64,000 nt of DNA from an uncultured bacterium (GTDB lineage: Bacteria > Babelota > Babeliae > Babelales > Babelaceae): contig CAWFXL010000001.1 of the NCBI GenBank assembly GCA_963819815.1, positions 288,001-352,000 on the forward strand, written 5' to 3'. The translations under genes and the position numbers were made by a program. How positions within the stretch are numbered: position 1 is the stretch's first letter; each line of letters begins with the position of its first letter. The notes beneath the pieces are model-generated. The model did not search any database. It was not told where the DNA came from and saw only the letters and a program-made list of their open reading frames with translations. Shown in pieces: positions 38,713 to 48,050 of the stretch.

Positions 38713-39510
38713 ATGAGAGCTGGTGCACATCGGACAGGCATGATCATTCTCTATGCATTGGGATCTCTGCTTCTTGCATGGTTTCTCATAATCTTTTTTT
38801 ATCAGTATATTATCGCGATACAGAAGATTGATAAGATACTCCCCATATTTGCAAACCCACGAATATTGAGTGCCTTATGGATAAGTGTCTCATCCTCCTG
38901 TGTTACCGCACTGCTTTCAATTCTCTTTGGCGTTCCTCTTGCCTATATATTTGCCATAAAAAACATTAGGTACAAGTCTCTTCTTGAGACGTTAATGATT
39001 GACGTACCTCAGACATTCCCACCAGTCGCTGAAGGTATCATCCTCTTTATGATGCTTGGACCAGATTCACCGTTTGGGATTAATATCGCCTATACATACC
39101 TTGCAATTGTGCTCGCAAAAACGTTTGTCTGCACTCCCTTTGTCGTCTCTTTTGCTGCACGAAAATTTAGAGAGACACAAATTTCGGGGGTTGATATTAC
39201 CGCAAAATCCCTCGGTGCATCTGAATCACAGGTTTTTTGGACCATCTTTGTACCGATCGCGTTCAAAGATATTATTGCGGGAACGGCCTTATGCTGGGCC
39301 CGTGGGATGGGTGAACTAGGTGGGAGTCTTATCTTTGCAGGAATTATACCCTTTAAGACTGAAGATATTCCTACCTTCATTGCAGTGAATTCATCAGCAC
39401 TGTTTCCAGCACTTGCGGCTACGATTCTTGCAACGACTGCTTCTCTACTGGCATTATTATCATTTAAAGCTTTTACCAAGGAAAGAACCACATGGAAGGG
39501 CTTTTTCTAA
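38713..39510 (+). CDS. ABC transporter permease, ModB/CysT-like (molybdate/tungstate/sulfate)
   Basis: GVPLAY, PQTFPPV, AKSLGAS (EAA loop) and WARGMGELG. Confidence 0.85.
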   Translation: MRAGAHRTGMIILYALGSLLLAWFLIIFFYQYIIAIQKIDKILPIFANPRILSALWISVSSSCVTALLSILFGVPLAYIFAIKNIRYKSLLETLMIDVPQTFPPVAEGIILFMMLGPDSPFGINIAYTYLAIVLAKTFVCTPFVVSFAARKFRETQISGVDITAKSLGASESQVFWTIFVPIAFKDIIAGTALCWARGMGELGGSLIFAGIIPFKTEDIPTFIAVNSSALFPALAATILATTASLLALLSFKAFTKERTTWKGFF

Positions 39511-40220
39511 GAAACATAACGGCAGGGTACGGCGATTATGACGTACTTACCAACTTGCAGCTGGAAGTTCCTGCTCGAACGACTCTTGTGTTGTTAGGCG
39601 TGTCAGGGAGCGGAAAAACCACCTTATTAAAAACGATCACGGGTATTATTAAGCCCAAGAAGGGCGACATCATACTTGCTGGAAAGACGATCACACAGCT
39701 TCCCATTGAGCAGCGCAACATAAGTTACCTCCCTCAAAACTACGGACTATTTCCGCACTTGAGCGTGGCAGGCAATATTGCCTATGGTCTGCGAGTGCGA
39801 GGAGTATCAGCAGAAGAGCAGAAAAAGACTGTCGCCGACTTACTTGAGTTCATGGAGCTTTCTGGTTATGAAAAAAGATCAGTAACAGAACTTTCTGGTG
39901 GCCAGCAGCAGCGCGTCGCCTTGGCGCGAGCGCTTGCAGTCAAGCCAAAGCTCATGCTTTTGGACGAGCCGCTTTCAAGCATAGATCAGGCAACGAAATT
40001 TGAGGTGGCAACTCACTTAAAAAATCTTTTTTCAGCGTTAGAGATTCCGATTATCCTCGTAACACACCAATATGAAGATGCTCAATTCTTTGGTGCACAC
40101 GTTGCCGTAATGGTACAGGGTGTGATTGAACAGGCAGGAAGCTATGACGAGCTTCGTGCACATCCTAAAACTCCCTTTATTAAGAAGCTTCTCATACCTT
40201 TCACAGCGGAAATCGAGTAA
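39492..40220 (+). CDS. ABC transporter ATP-binding subunit
   Basis: GVSGSGKTT, LSGGQQQRVALARAL, LLDEP and VTH. Confidence 0.93.
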   Translation: MEGLFLRNITAGYGDYDVLTNLQLEVPARTTLVLLGVSGSGKTTLLKTITGIIKPKKGDIILAGKTITQLPIEQRNISYLPQNYGLFPHLSVAGNIAYGLRVRGVSAEEQKKTVADLLEFMELSGYEKRSVTELSGGQQQRVALARALAVKPKLMLLDEPLSSIDQATKFEVATHLKNLFSALEIPIILVTHQYEDAQFFGAHVAVMVQGVIEQAGSYDELRAHPKTPFIKKLLIPFTAEIE

Positions 40221-40269
40221 TATCCAAAAAAGAAGGCCCCCTTGCGGAGGCCTCTTGTAAACGTTCTTT

Positions 40270-41022
40270 TTAAATAGGGTTTGATTCTAGTTCAACCCAC
40301 TTATTTTGTGCATCTTTATAACGTGCAGCTATTTTAAGCTTGCGCTGATATGCTCTACCTGTAAAGCGCAACTCGACGTCAGGAATGGCCTTGCGAGGAG
40401 CAGTCTGAATTTGTATCGGAACTGCTACTGGTGCGGAACCTTTGGGTGTCATTGCTACACTTATATGCGGCACCATCGAATAGCCGTAAAAGCTCCAACT
40501 ATTTGGATAGAGATCGAAAAATTCTCGGATAATGTCACCATATACTCTATAGAAAGCCTTCTTCCCTACGCGCTCATACATGGCAGCCAAGAACTTAGGC
40601 CCGATGGATGAAAGCTCTTTAAATTTGAACTGTACGCCGGTAAGCCGTGCAAGGTGTTTATTAATGATTGCTTCTAGCGCATCAAGAGCATTTTGTGCAT
40701 ACTGTGCTGAAAATCTGCCATTGGGAAATGGTACCGCCAAAATTATCACCGACAAATGCCAGTCTTTGGGGTCCACTTCAGAGGTATCGTATCCTGCAGC
40801 TCGTATAGCTCTTTGCTCAGCTTTTAGATGATCAGCCAGATTAGTATAACCTGTTGTGTCTTGCAATACTGCTAAAGTAAAGAAGGGCTGCTGTTGAAAT
40901 GCCTGTTGGTTTGCATCTGATTGGACTTGGTTTTGTCTTCCAACAGGAATCGCTGGTGCAGCTCCTTGTAGAGATACCGTGAGAAACGATAGTGCAATCA
41001 CTATCAAGTTACGTAATTTCAT
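40270..41022 (-). CDS. Secreted 2H phosphoesterase (LigT/AKAP7-like)
   Basis: Two HxS motifs, WHLSVI and PHISVA, ~100 aa apart; signal peptide MKLRNLIVIALSFLTVSLQG. Confidence 0.7.
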   Translation of the reverse strand: MKLRNLIVIALSFLTVSLQGAAPAIPVGRQNQVQSDANQQAFQQQPFFTLAVLQDTTGYTNLADHLKAEQRAIRAAGYDTSEVDPKDWHLSVIILAVPFPNGRFSAQYAQNALDALEAIINKHLARLTGVQFKFKELSSIGPKFLAAMYERVGKKAFYRVYGDIIREFFDLYPNSWSFYGYSMVPHISVAMTPKGSAPVAVPIQIQTAPRKAIPDVELRFTGRAYQRKLKIAARYKDAQNKWVELESNPI

Positions 41023-41418
41023 GGTTTATTTCCTTATGTTACGTTGTTATTATTATTCTTACTATACCATAGACCGGCCATTGTGTCAATTTTATCATAT
41101 TATAAATCTATTTTCTTTCATATCTGAAACATTTGCGGCCTTCATATCTCAGTGTACTAGCACTGATGCTCCTCGACAAAAGGGCCTATGAAATCGATAT
41201 AAACTGAAGAATCCCTGCACCACCGCCACATTCTTTTGGTGGTATTCGAGGCTAGGACGTATTTTGGCTATTCTCGGCAAGATAGAGCCCAAGAAGGTGA
41301 AACGAAGCCCACAGAGCCTCTTTTTGCAAGAAAGAGCTTGTTATATTTGAAAAGCAGCGATCAAAGCCGGAGAAGGTAGCTATAGAGCAATAACCTTGAA
41401 GCGGAAAAAAATTATCAA

Positions 41419-41451
41419 TTGACAATTTTGTAAAAAGCGATATACTATAAT
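41419..41451 (+). promoter_or_regulatory. Sigma70-like promoter
   Basis: TTGACA-16 bp-TATACT(ATAAT), ~290 nt upstream of the ankyrin-MYND gene. Confidence 0.6.
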
Positions 41452-41739
41452 CTCACATCATTGATGTAGACCTACCCCCTAAAATAGACCGCTATATAGG
41501 GAAAAATCAGACAAAAATAATTCTCGTGGGGTTTTTAACGGGATCGACTCTCTTTCTTCGACTGAGGTGGTACAACAAGTTGTACAGGAATATTTACAGC
41601 GGGCCAAACCGGGCAATACACCTCTAAAATTAAATCACCGAGCAAGGTAGCTTTCCAAGAAAAGTAGGCCATTGCGCTGTACATGCTCAGGTATAAGAAA
41701 AAAATAGTTTTTAACACTATACGATCTCAAGGAACTATT

Positions 41740-43137
41740 ATGAAAAAGCTTTGCATACTTCTTTTTCTTTGTGCACCCATGCTTACGGTTAAAGGGTATC
41801 ACCTTACACGAATTAACCTGAGTTCTCCTGTGATAAGAGAAATTATGACGATTGTTAACAATCTTGTTGCATTGCAGGAACATATTAATCGGGGGATCGA
41901 TGTAAATGCCTCTATTAATGAACAAGGTGTTACGCTTCTTCACGTTTTCTGCCTATCTAATGGAGATAGAAGACCATTTGTGCGACTGCTTCTTGAAAAT
42001 CGAGCTGATAGTAATGTTCGAGATACAAGTGGATGTACGCCTATGCATTATGCCAGTCAAGCCGGCAATATAGGTTGCATGCAAGAACTCTTGGCGGCGG
42101 GAGCACGGTATAATGAACCGGATGATAAGCGTCACAATCCCTTACATATAGCATGTCACAATAATCAAGCTTCAATTGTAGCATTACTATTAGATCAACC
42201 GAATATTGAGGTTGACCCAATTGATCAGGATAATGCCACGCCTCTTCATGTAGCATCTTCTAATGGGCATCTTGAGATAGTGAAGCTTCTTGTCGAAAAA
42301 AATGCTCAGGTAAACGCGCGTACCAAGAATCAATCAACTCCATTCTATTTAGCATGCCAAGAAGGTCATGTCGATGTAGCGCGATACCTTTTTGAAAAGG
42401 GTGCTCTTTTAGAGGCTCTCTATAATGATGGCAGCACAGCGCTTTATATCGCTGCTAACGAAGGGCATCAAGATGTGGTTAGTTTTCTGCTAGAGAACAA
42501 TGCACAGGTGATGGCCCGGGCTTCTAACGGCATGACTCCACTTCATGTAGCTGCTTACATCGGGAATTTAGGAGTCGTCAAGCTTCTGGTAGACAAGAAA
42601 GCAGATGTTAATGCTCAAGATAACAATCAATGTACTCCATTCTATTTAGCATGCCAGGAGGGACGTGAAGAAGTAGCTCGGTACCTTTTTGAAAAGGGTG
42701 CACTCTTAAAAACTCCGGGTGAGACAATTGCCAGACCTCACCTACACTTTGCAGCTATTAAAAATCATGCTGGGGTTGTTCAATTCTTATGCGAGAAAGG
42801 TGTTCCCGTCAATGGTATTATGGGAGATAGCGGTGCAACCGCACTTCATATGGCTGTTACACAAGGTCACGAAAAAGTTGTAAAAGTGCTGCTTGCCCAG
42901 GGAGCCAACCTAACAAAAAAAACAGTTAGTGGTGAGACAGCTCTAATGCTTGCTCAAGAATATGGGCATCAGCATCTTGTAAAAGTCCTTGAGGAGGCAC
43001 ACTATAGATGTGCTTTCTGTTATAAGATGCATAAAACTTTTCGTTGTGGGCGCTGTAAAGCAGTATATTACTGTGATGGAGAATGCCAAAGAAACCATTG
43101 GTCCACACACAAGCTTAGGTGCAAAGCAACAATCTAA
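41740..43137 (+). CDS. Secreted ankyrin-repeat protein with C-terminal zf-MYND (paralogue of 15418..16836)
   Basis: Signal peptide MKKLCILLFLCAPMLTVKG, ankyrin repeats and CAFC...CGRCKAVYYCDGECQRNHWSTHKLRC. Confidence 0.93.
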   Translation: MKKLCILLFLCAPMLTVKGYHLTRINLSSPVIREIMTIVNNLVALQEHINRGIDVNASINEQGVTLLHVFCLSNGDRRPFVRLLLENRADSNVRDTSGCTPMHYASQAGNIGCMQELLAAGARYNEPDDKRHNPLHIACHNNQASIVALLLDQPNIEVDPIDQDNATPLHVASSNGHLEIVKLLVEKNAQVNARTKNQSTPFYLACQEGHVDVARYLFEKGALLEALYNDGSTALYIAANEGHQDVVSFLLENNAQVMARASNGMTPLHVAAYIGNLGVVKLLVDKKADVNAQDNNQCTPFYLACQEGREEVARYLFEKGALLKTPGETIARPHLHFAAIKNHAGVVQFLCEKGVPVNGIMGDSGATALHMAVTQGHEKVVKVLLAQGANLTKKTVSGETALMLAQEYGHQHLVKVLEEAHYRCAFCYKMHKTFRCGRCKAVYYCDGECQRNHWSTHKLRCKATI

Positions 43138-43408
43138 GTTTTATAAGCAGAAACAGCGGGCAACTAACTTGTACTAGCATGAGCATTTCGAAGCAGCTCA
43201 TATCCTTTTGTAAATCGTTCTCATTTCCAGTGCACCGCTACAATTGATCTTAGATAAAGATCTATTTTGCCTGTGATTACTCTATACAGTGTCACTGATA
43301 TCTCCGTGCTGGAGGTCTCGAGAAGCGCTCTCAACATTGACGAACTCGGAGCTTTGCCGTATATTCTTTTTCATGAGAAGGAATACAAAATAATGCAAAG
43401 GAAGTCTC

Positions 43409-44014
43409 ATGTTACACAAAATTCTCGCACTAGTTCTTGCGTGCTCTCTATCATCTATCAAAGCCCACGAAGTATTCTTTGCTCCCTATGAAGGTCCTTT
43501 CCCCGTTTCTATTGAATCACGATTTGATGGTTATGTATGGCATGATTTTGATTCTAGGCCAACTCATTTAGCTCACACCTCATTTGCTTTCAATGGCTAT
43601 GTACGTTACCCCGATACAAACTATCTGTTTAAATTCGGAACATTTATTGAAGGCTGGTCGCGCTCTGTTAGACGAGTAGGTATAGATCTTCAGTTTGGAA
43701 AGTATTGGGAAGATACAGGAGCACTTAGGATTGGATTGATGTATGATGGGATAGGAATTGGTGGGGACTATTGGCTCGTGTATAAAGATCGCTTTAAGTT
43801 GCTTACAACCCTTGAAGGAGGCACTCTTCTTCCTAATGATTGCGATTACTACTTTTACGGTCACCGTTTCAAGCCTTTTATTCGATGGTCGAATCGACTG
43901 TTTGTCTTTAGTACGCTTTATTTGTCGTTTGGCATTGATCACATTCATTGCTCAAGTGAGCATTCACCATTTTCATTTACCCAAGGGTTTATTGGGTTTG
44001 GAAGTACTATATAA
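43409..44014 (+). CDS. Hypothetical exported protein, probable outer-membrane beta-barrel
   Basis: Signal peptide, aromatic/Gly-rich alternating strands and terminal GFIGFGSTI. Confidence 0.6.
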   Translation: MLHKILALVLACSLSSIKAHEVFFAPYEGPFPVSIESRFDGYVWHDFDSRPTHLAHTSFAFNGYVRYPDTNYLFKFGTFIEGWSRSVRRVGIDLQFGKYWEDTGALRIGLMYDGIGIGGDYWLVYKDRFKLLTTLEGGTLLPNDCDYYFYGHRFKPFIRWSNRLFVFSTLYLSFGIDHIHCSSEHSPFSFTQGFIGFGSTI

Positions 44015-44447
44015 TATCAGTGCCGCAAAGTCTTTTGATTACTCCTATGATAGTGAGGATGGCTTCATTCTGAAGTGTTCGTTGCTTAACATGGCTGAGC
44101 AAGCTTCTGATACGTAATGCTTCTTCTTTGTAAGTGGCGCAGAAACTATCAGTGTCAGACGGTCGTTGCGAAGCTGCTTACTCAATGCCAAGAATGCCAC
44201 GGCTATTAAGCCGTTTGGATGAATTGAAATCAATTGAGTGAGCGGAGCTTTTTTTAATAGCGAAGCAAGACTTATGTTCAATAAACATTATATGCAAGCC
44301 GTTATATACCTCTTGGGAAGTTTTTCTTTGCATCATAGTATCTATATAAAGCAGCGAAATCTATAAGGCCAGAATCTTGCAGCTCTGTTGCCCATTTTGA
44401 TAGCCTACATGAGATGCCTTGCACTTAGGTAAGAGAAAGATACACCA

Positions 44448-45482
44448 ATGCCTAGAAAAAATGTCTTTGCAGATTGTTCGTCCCAAGAGCTACAAAAACG
44501 AAGAAAGCTGGCGGAGCCCTCTTTTGTTGATCCTATGCTCGCTACCCTAACGGATAAATATTTTTCAAGCGATGACTGGATATTTGAGCATAAGTTCGAT
44601 GGAGAAAGGTGCCTCGTATTTAAAAAAAATGGCAAAGTTACCCTCAAATCACGTAATAACAAAATTAAAAATATTGCATATCCTGAACTCGTGAAGGCTT
44701 TTGAAGAACAGGAATCTGATAATTTTATTATAGATGGCGAGATCATCTCAAAGAAGGCTGGTCTCTCAGATTTCCAGCTCCTACAGAAGCGCATTAATCT
44801 TACTAATGAGTCACAAATCAAAACGCTCGAGAAAACGATAAAAATCAGCTTCTGCATTTTTGATGTGATGTATGCTGAGGGCTATGATGTGCGCACTTTG
44901 CCCCTCCTTGCTCGCAAAAAAATACTCAAGCGACTTTTAGCTTTTAATACTATGCTTGTCTACACGGAGCATAAAACCGGTGATGGGCTATCTTTTTTTA
45001 AAGAAGCATGCAAAAAGGGGTGGGAGGGTCTCATCGCTAAAAAAAGCTCGAGCATCTATGTTGGGGTACGATCTCCCAATTGGCTCAAATTTAAGTGCAT
45101 TATGAAGCAAGAGCTCGTTATTGCAGGCTATACCGATCCTAAGGGCACAAGACAGGGCTTTGGTGCGCTCTTAGTTGGCTATTATAACGGCAATAAACTT
45201 ATGTTCGCAGGTAAAGTAGGTACCGGCTATACAGAAGACGTCCTCGCACTGCTCAGCAAAAAATTGTACCCTCTTGAAATCAAGAAGTGTCCATTTGCTG
45301 ATTATGATGATGCAACTCAAGGTATCCACTGGGTAAAGCCGCAACTTGTTGCTGAATTCCGTTTTGCTAACTGGACAAAAGCTGGTAGGCTGCGGGTAGG
45401 CCGCTATAAGGGATTACGCGATGACAAAGCTGCAAAAGATGTGGTCAGAGAAGTTCCCAAAGCGATCAGCGATAAAGACTAA
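44448..45482 (+). CDS. ATP-dependent DNA ligase (stand-alone LigD-type ligase domain)
   Basis: FEHKFDGER adenylation motif, IDGEI, FDVM, WEGLIAK, WLKFK and GKVGTG OB domain. Confidence 0.93.
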   Translation: MPRKNVFADCSSQELQKRRKLAEPSFVDPMLATLTDKYFSSDDWIFEHKFDGERCLVFKKNGKVTLKSRNNKIKNIAYPELVKAFEEQESDNFIIDGEIISKKAGLSDFQLLQKRINLTNESQIKTLEKTIKISFCIFDVMYAEGYDVRTLPLLARKKILKRLLAFNTMLVYTEHKTGDGLSFFKEACKKGWEGLIAKKSSSIYVGVRSPNWLKFKCIMKQELVIAGYTDPKGTRQGFGALLVGYYNGNKLMFAGKVGTGYTEDVLALLSKKLYPLEIKKCPFADYDDATQGIHWVKPQLVAEFRFANWTKAGRLRVGRYKGLRDDKAAKDVVREVPKAISDKD

Positions 45483-45530
45483 ACCACTTCGGCACTTCCA
45501 TGACGAGAGTCTATTTCTCTGCAGTTGTTA

Positions 45531-46577
45531 TTATTGTGCAAAATGAACTTTGCGCTCTCTTGCAGCTGCCAATTTTCCAGATCTTTCTATGAGACCTTCT
45601 CTCACGAGCTTTTCAAGCTTATGTGCGTCCTTAAGCAGTTCCTCACATGGTGCACAATAACTTAGATTGGCGATAATCTGCTTAAGCTTTGTTAGAAAAT
45701 AACGAACAGCGGCATCTTGTGCTCCTTTTAGTGCAATAGAAGCAGACTTTTTTCTTTCTTCAATCTGATCAAGAGAAAAAATTATCAGATCATCTTGAGT
45801 TTCTTCGTACCAGTTTAAATTTTCAAAATCTAAGGTTGCAGATACCAGGTCGGCAAGCAGCTGTTTATTGATTTCATCAGTAGGGACCAGCAAGTAGCTG
45901 TATTTTATAAGTACTTTTATGCAATCAATATGACCGCGTTGAAAGGCTTCGCCGAGAACATGAGGGGGAATAGGTGCCTTAACGCGTAGTACTACTTCAT
46001 CAACAATAGTCTGTAAGCAATCACTTTTGCCGTCTCTAGCGGCTATGTAAAGCAATGGCGTTAAGTCGTTAAAAACATTCTGCCCATTATTATAATCTTT
46101 TGCGGCAAGAAAAATCTTGACGCACTCATTGTGTCCCCTTGCAATGGCAAGTTGGAGAGGTACTTCGAGGTTAAAAGACATTGGTCTACCATTCTTACCA
46201 TTGTCAAGGCAAGCTTTTAAAAGCACCCTTACGCAATCACTATGACCATTTGCTGCAGCTTCATGGAGAGCACTGAGACCGGTTGCCGGACTTCCTGGAT
46301 TTATGTCAGCCTTCATATCAACAAGAGCCTGAACTGTACCGCTATGGCCATCACCAACTGCTAAATGAAGAGCTGTATAACCCTTATCATTGCGAGCGTT
46401 CATATCGGCACCTTCTTTGAGAAGATGGATCATTGCATTAGTTAAGCCTGCTTTTGCAGCATCAAGAAATCTTGCATTTAATGCAACTGTCTCATGTTGA
46501 TACTTTGCTTGAGGTCCTGCGGCAAAGCTACTTGAAAATGCCAGCGGTACGAGAATATAGGCGAATTTAGCGTTCAT
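45531..46577 (-). CDS. Secreted ankyrin-repeat protein
   Basis: Signal peptide; TALHLAV, SALHEAAANGH and PLQLAIARGH repeats. Confidence 0.9.
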   Translation of the reverse strand: MNAKFAYILVPLAFSSSFAAGPQAKYQHETVALNARFLDAAKAGLTNAMIHLLKEGADMNARNDKGYTALHLAVGDGHSGTVQALVDMKADINPGSPATGLSALHEAAANGHSDCVRVLLKACLDNGKNGRPMSFNLEVPLQLAIARGHNECVKIFLAAKDYNNGQNVFNDLTPLLYIAARDGKSDCLQTIVDEVVLRVKAPIPPHVLGEAFQRGHIDCIKVLIKYSYLLVPTDEINKQLLADLVSATLDFENLNWYEETQDDLIIFSLDQIEERKKSASIALKGAQDAAVRYFLTKLKQIIANLSYCAPCEELLKDAHKLEKLVREGLIERSGKLAAARERKVHFAQ

Positions 46578-47025
46578 GAGTCTTCCTTGTTGTATTTATT
46601 TGATGTCCAAATAACGATATTTATTTCTTAATTGTAACAAATTTCATAGATTTGTCAATTTTTGAGGACCTGCAACTAGGAAATCTCATTATGAGGGAGT
46701 ATAGGGAGAAAATGGTGATATTGGTATACTATTTTGACCTGAAGATAAGATGCATGAGGAGCTTCGCAATAACATCTGCCACAAATACCTTTGAGTGAAA
46801 AAATGGCTTTGCTCTAAAAACAGGTGATTTCGACTGTTTCTAGAATATCTCGTTCAGGGATAGTCGCTAGGTTAATGTAAAGACAACGCCAGGAGAAAAC
46901 TCAGGTAAATCGCTATGGAAGTAAGGAACTGAAAAGGGGGGCTAAGAGATCCCACAATGGTTGTGATTGCTACGCCCGTCCCATCAGCACTTCTTGATCT
47001 ACCAGTACTTAACAGAAGTAAGTAC

Positions 47026-47649
47026 TTACGCTAACTCATCTTCTGTCTGTCCAGCACTGAGAAGCTTTTCAAAGAGGACATAATCTTTTTGATCCAAGAG
47101 GACGAAACGAATCTCCGTTAGACTGGTCTCATTTTGGGCGACAAAATTGCGGGCTGCTGTAACTGCTGCCTCGGCTGCAAGCTGATGGTCAACATGGTAG
47201 ATACCGCTACTAATAAAAGGAAATGCTATAGTTTTAAAGGTACCATCGCTTGCTAATTTTAAACTGTTTGTATAGGCCGATTCAAGAAGAATGCGCTGTT
47301 GTGTGGGGTCTTTGATGACACGCGCATCTGGTCCTACCGCATGAACTATTTTTATGATACCTATTTTCGTTAGCTTAAAACTATCGGTAATGCGAGCGTC
47401 ACCCACAGGACAGCGGATCCCTTTTTTAAGAGGATATTGATTACATGCCTTTTGGAGCTGGGCTGCACCCGCGGCCCTGTAAATAGCACCACAGACACCA
47501 CCACCCATAACGAGCTGTGGATTTGCTGCATTTACGATAACATCAACCTTCTGGTCAGTAATACTCCCAAGCACTGCATCAATAGTGGTTACTGCATGCA
47601 TCTGATAGACTGAGAGAGTAAGCATAAGTATTAGCGTATTTTTCATCAT
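47026..47649 (-). CDS. Macrodomain (MacroD/YmdB-type) ADP-ribosyl hydrolase with signal peptide
   Basis: GSIT..VDVIVNAAN..L..GGGVCGAI..AAG, VHAVGP and IAFPFISSGIY; N-terminus MMKNTLILMLTLSVYQMHA. Confidence 0.93.
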   Translation of the reverse strand: MMKNTLILMLTLSVYQMHAVTTIDAVLGSITDQKVDVIVNAANPQLVMGGGVCGAIYRAAGAAQLQKACNQYPLKKGIRCPVGDARITDSFKLTKIGIIKIVHAVGPDARVIKDPTQQRILLESAYTNSLKLASDGTFKTIAFPFISSGIYHVDHQLAAEAAVTAARNFVAQNETSLTEIRFVLLDQKDYVLFEKLLSAGQTEDELA

Positions 47650-47899
47650 AAGGTTCCTCTAAAATAGGTTGTTCAAATTTCTTACCTCAAACTACTTAAA
47701 TTTGGCATCATAAATCAAGGGTTTGGCGCTACTCATTGCCTAGGATCTTTGTTGTTGCATCTATGTGATTGATGTGGATGGTTTCTCAAGTTAGAAATCG
47801 ATGGCTACTGCTAATATGATGTACCGAATACAACTTTGCAAACAAGCTTAAAAGCTTGAAAAAGATCACATTTTTCACTGGTTGTTCCTGAGTTGCTAA

Positions 47900-48050
47900 C
47901 AACTTTTTTCCCTGCTAAGTTGACATACTCGCCCATACATTCCGGGGATTCTGGGATCAAACAGCGATAGCCAACAAAGTTGGGCTTACATCACCTACCC
48001 CAAGAGTTGATGCCCCAACTCTTTCGATATTTTTTGCAGCATTATAGTCT
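47900..48050 (-). ncRNA. Predicted TnpB omega/reRNA (scaffold overlapping tnpB 3' end plus flanking guide)
   Basis: Position follows established TnpB biology; guide predicted as CUUAGCAGGGAAAAAAGUUG; 5' boundary approximate. Confidence 0.6.

Noticed and set aside
41465..41490. Possible IS3-like terminal inverted repeat (TGTAGACCTACCCCCTAAAATAGACC)
   Set aside because: Resemblance is from memory only; no partner end or transposase in the window.
500..47800. Recurrent intergenic TTCTCAA(A/G) (e.g. near 509, 12272, 14813, 14832, 15272, 16928, 47783)
   Set aside because: Short AT-rich word; enrichment cannot be shown without counting, and it may simply be the complement of a TTGAGA -35 element.
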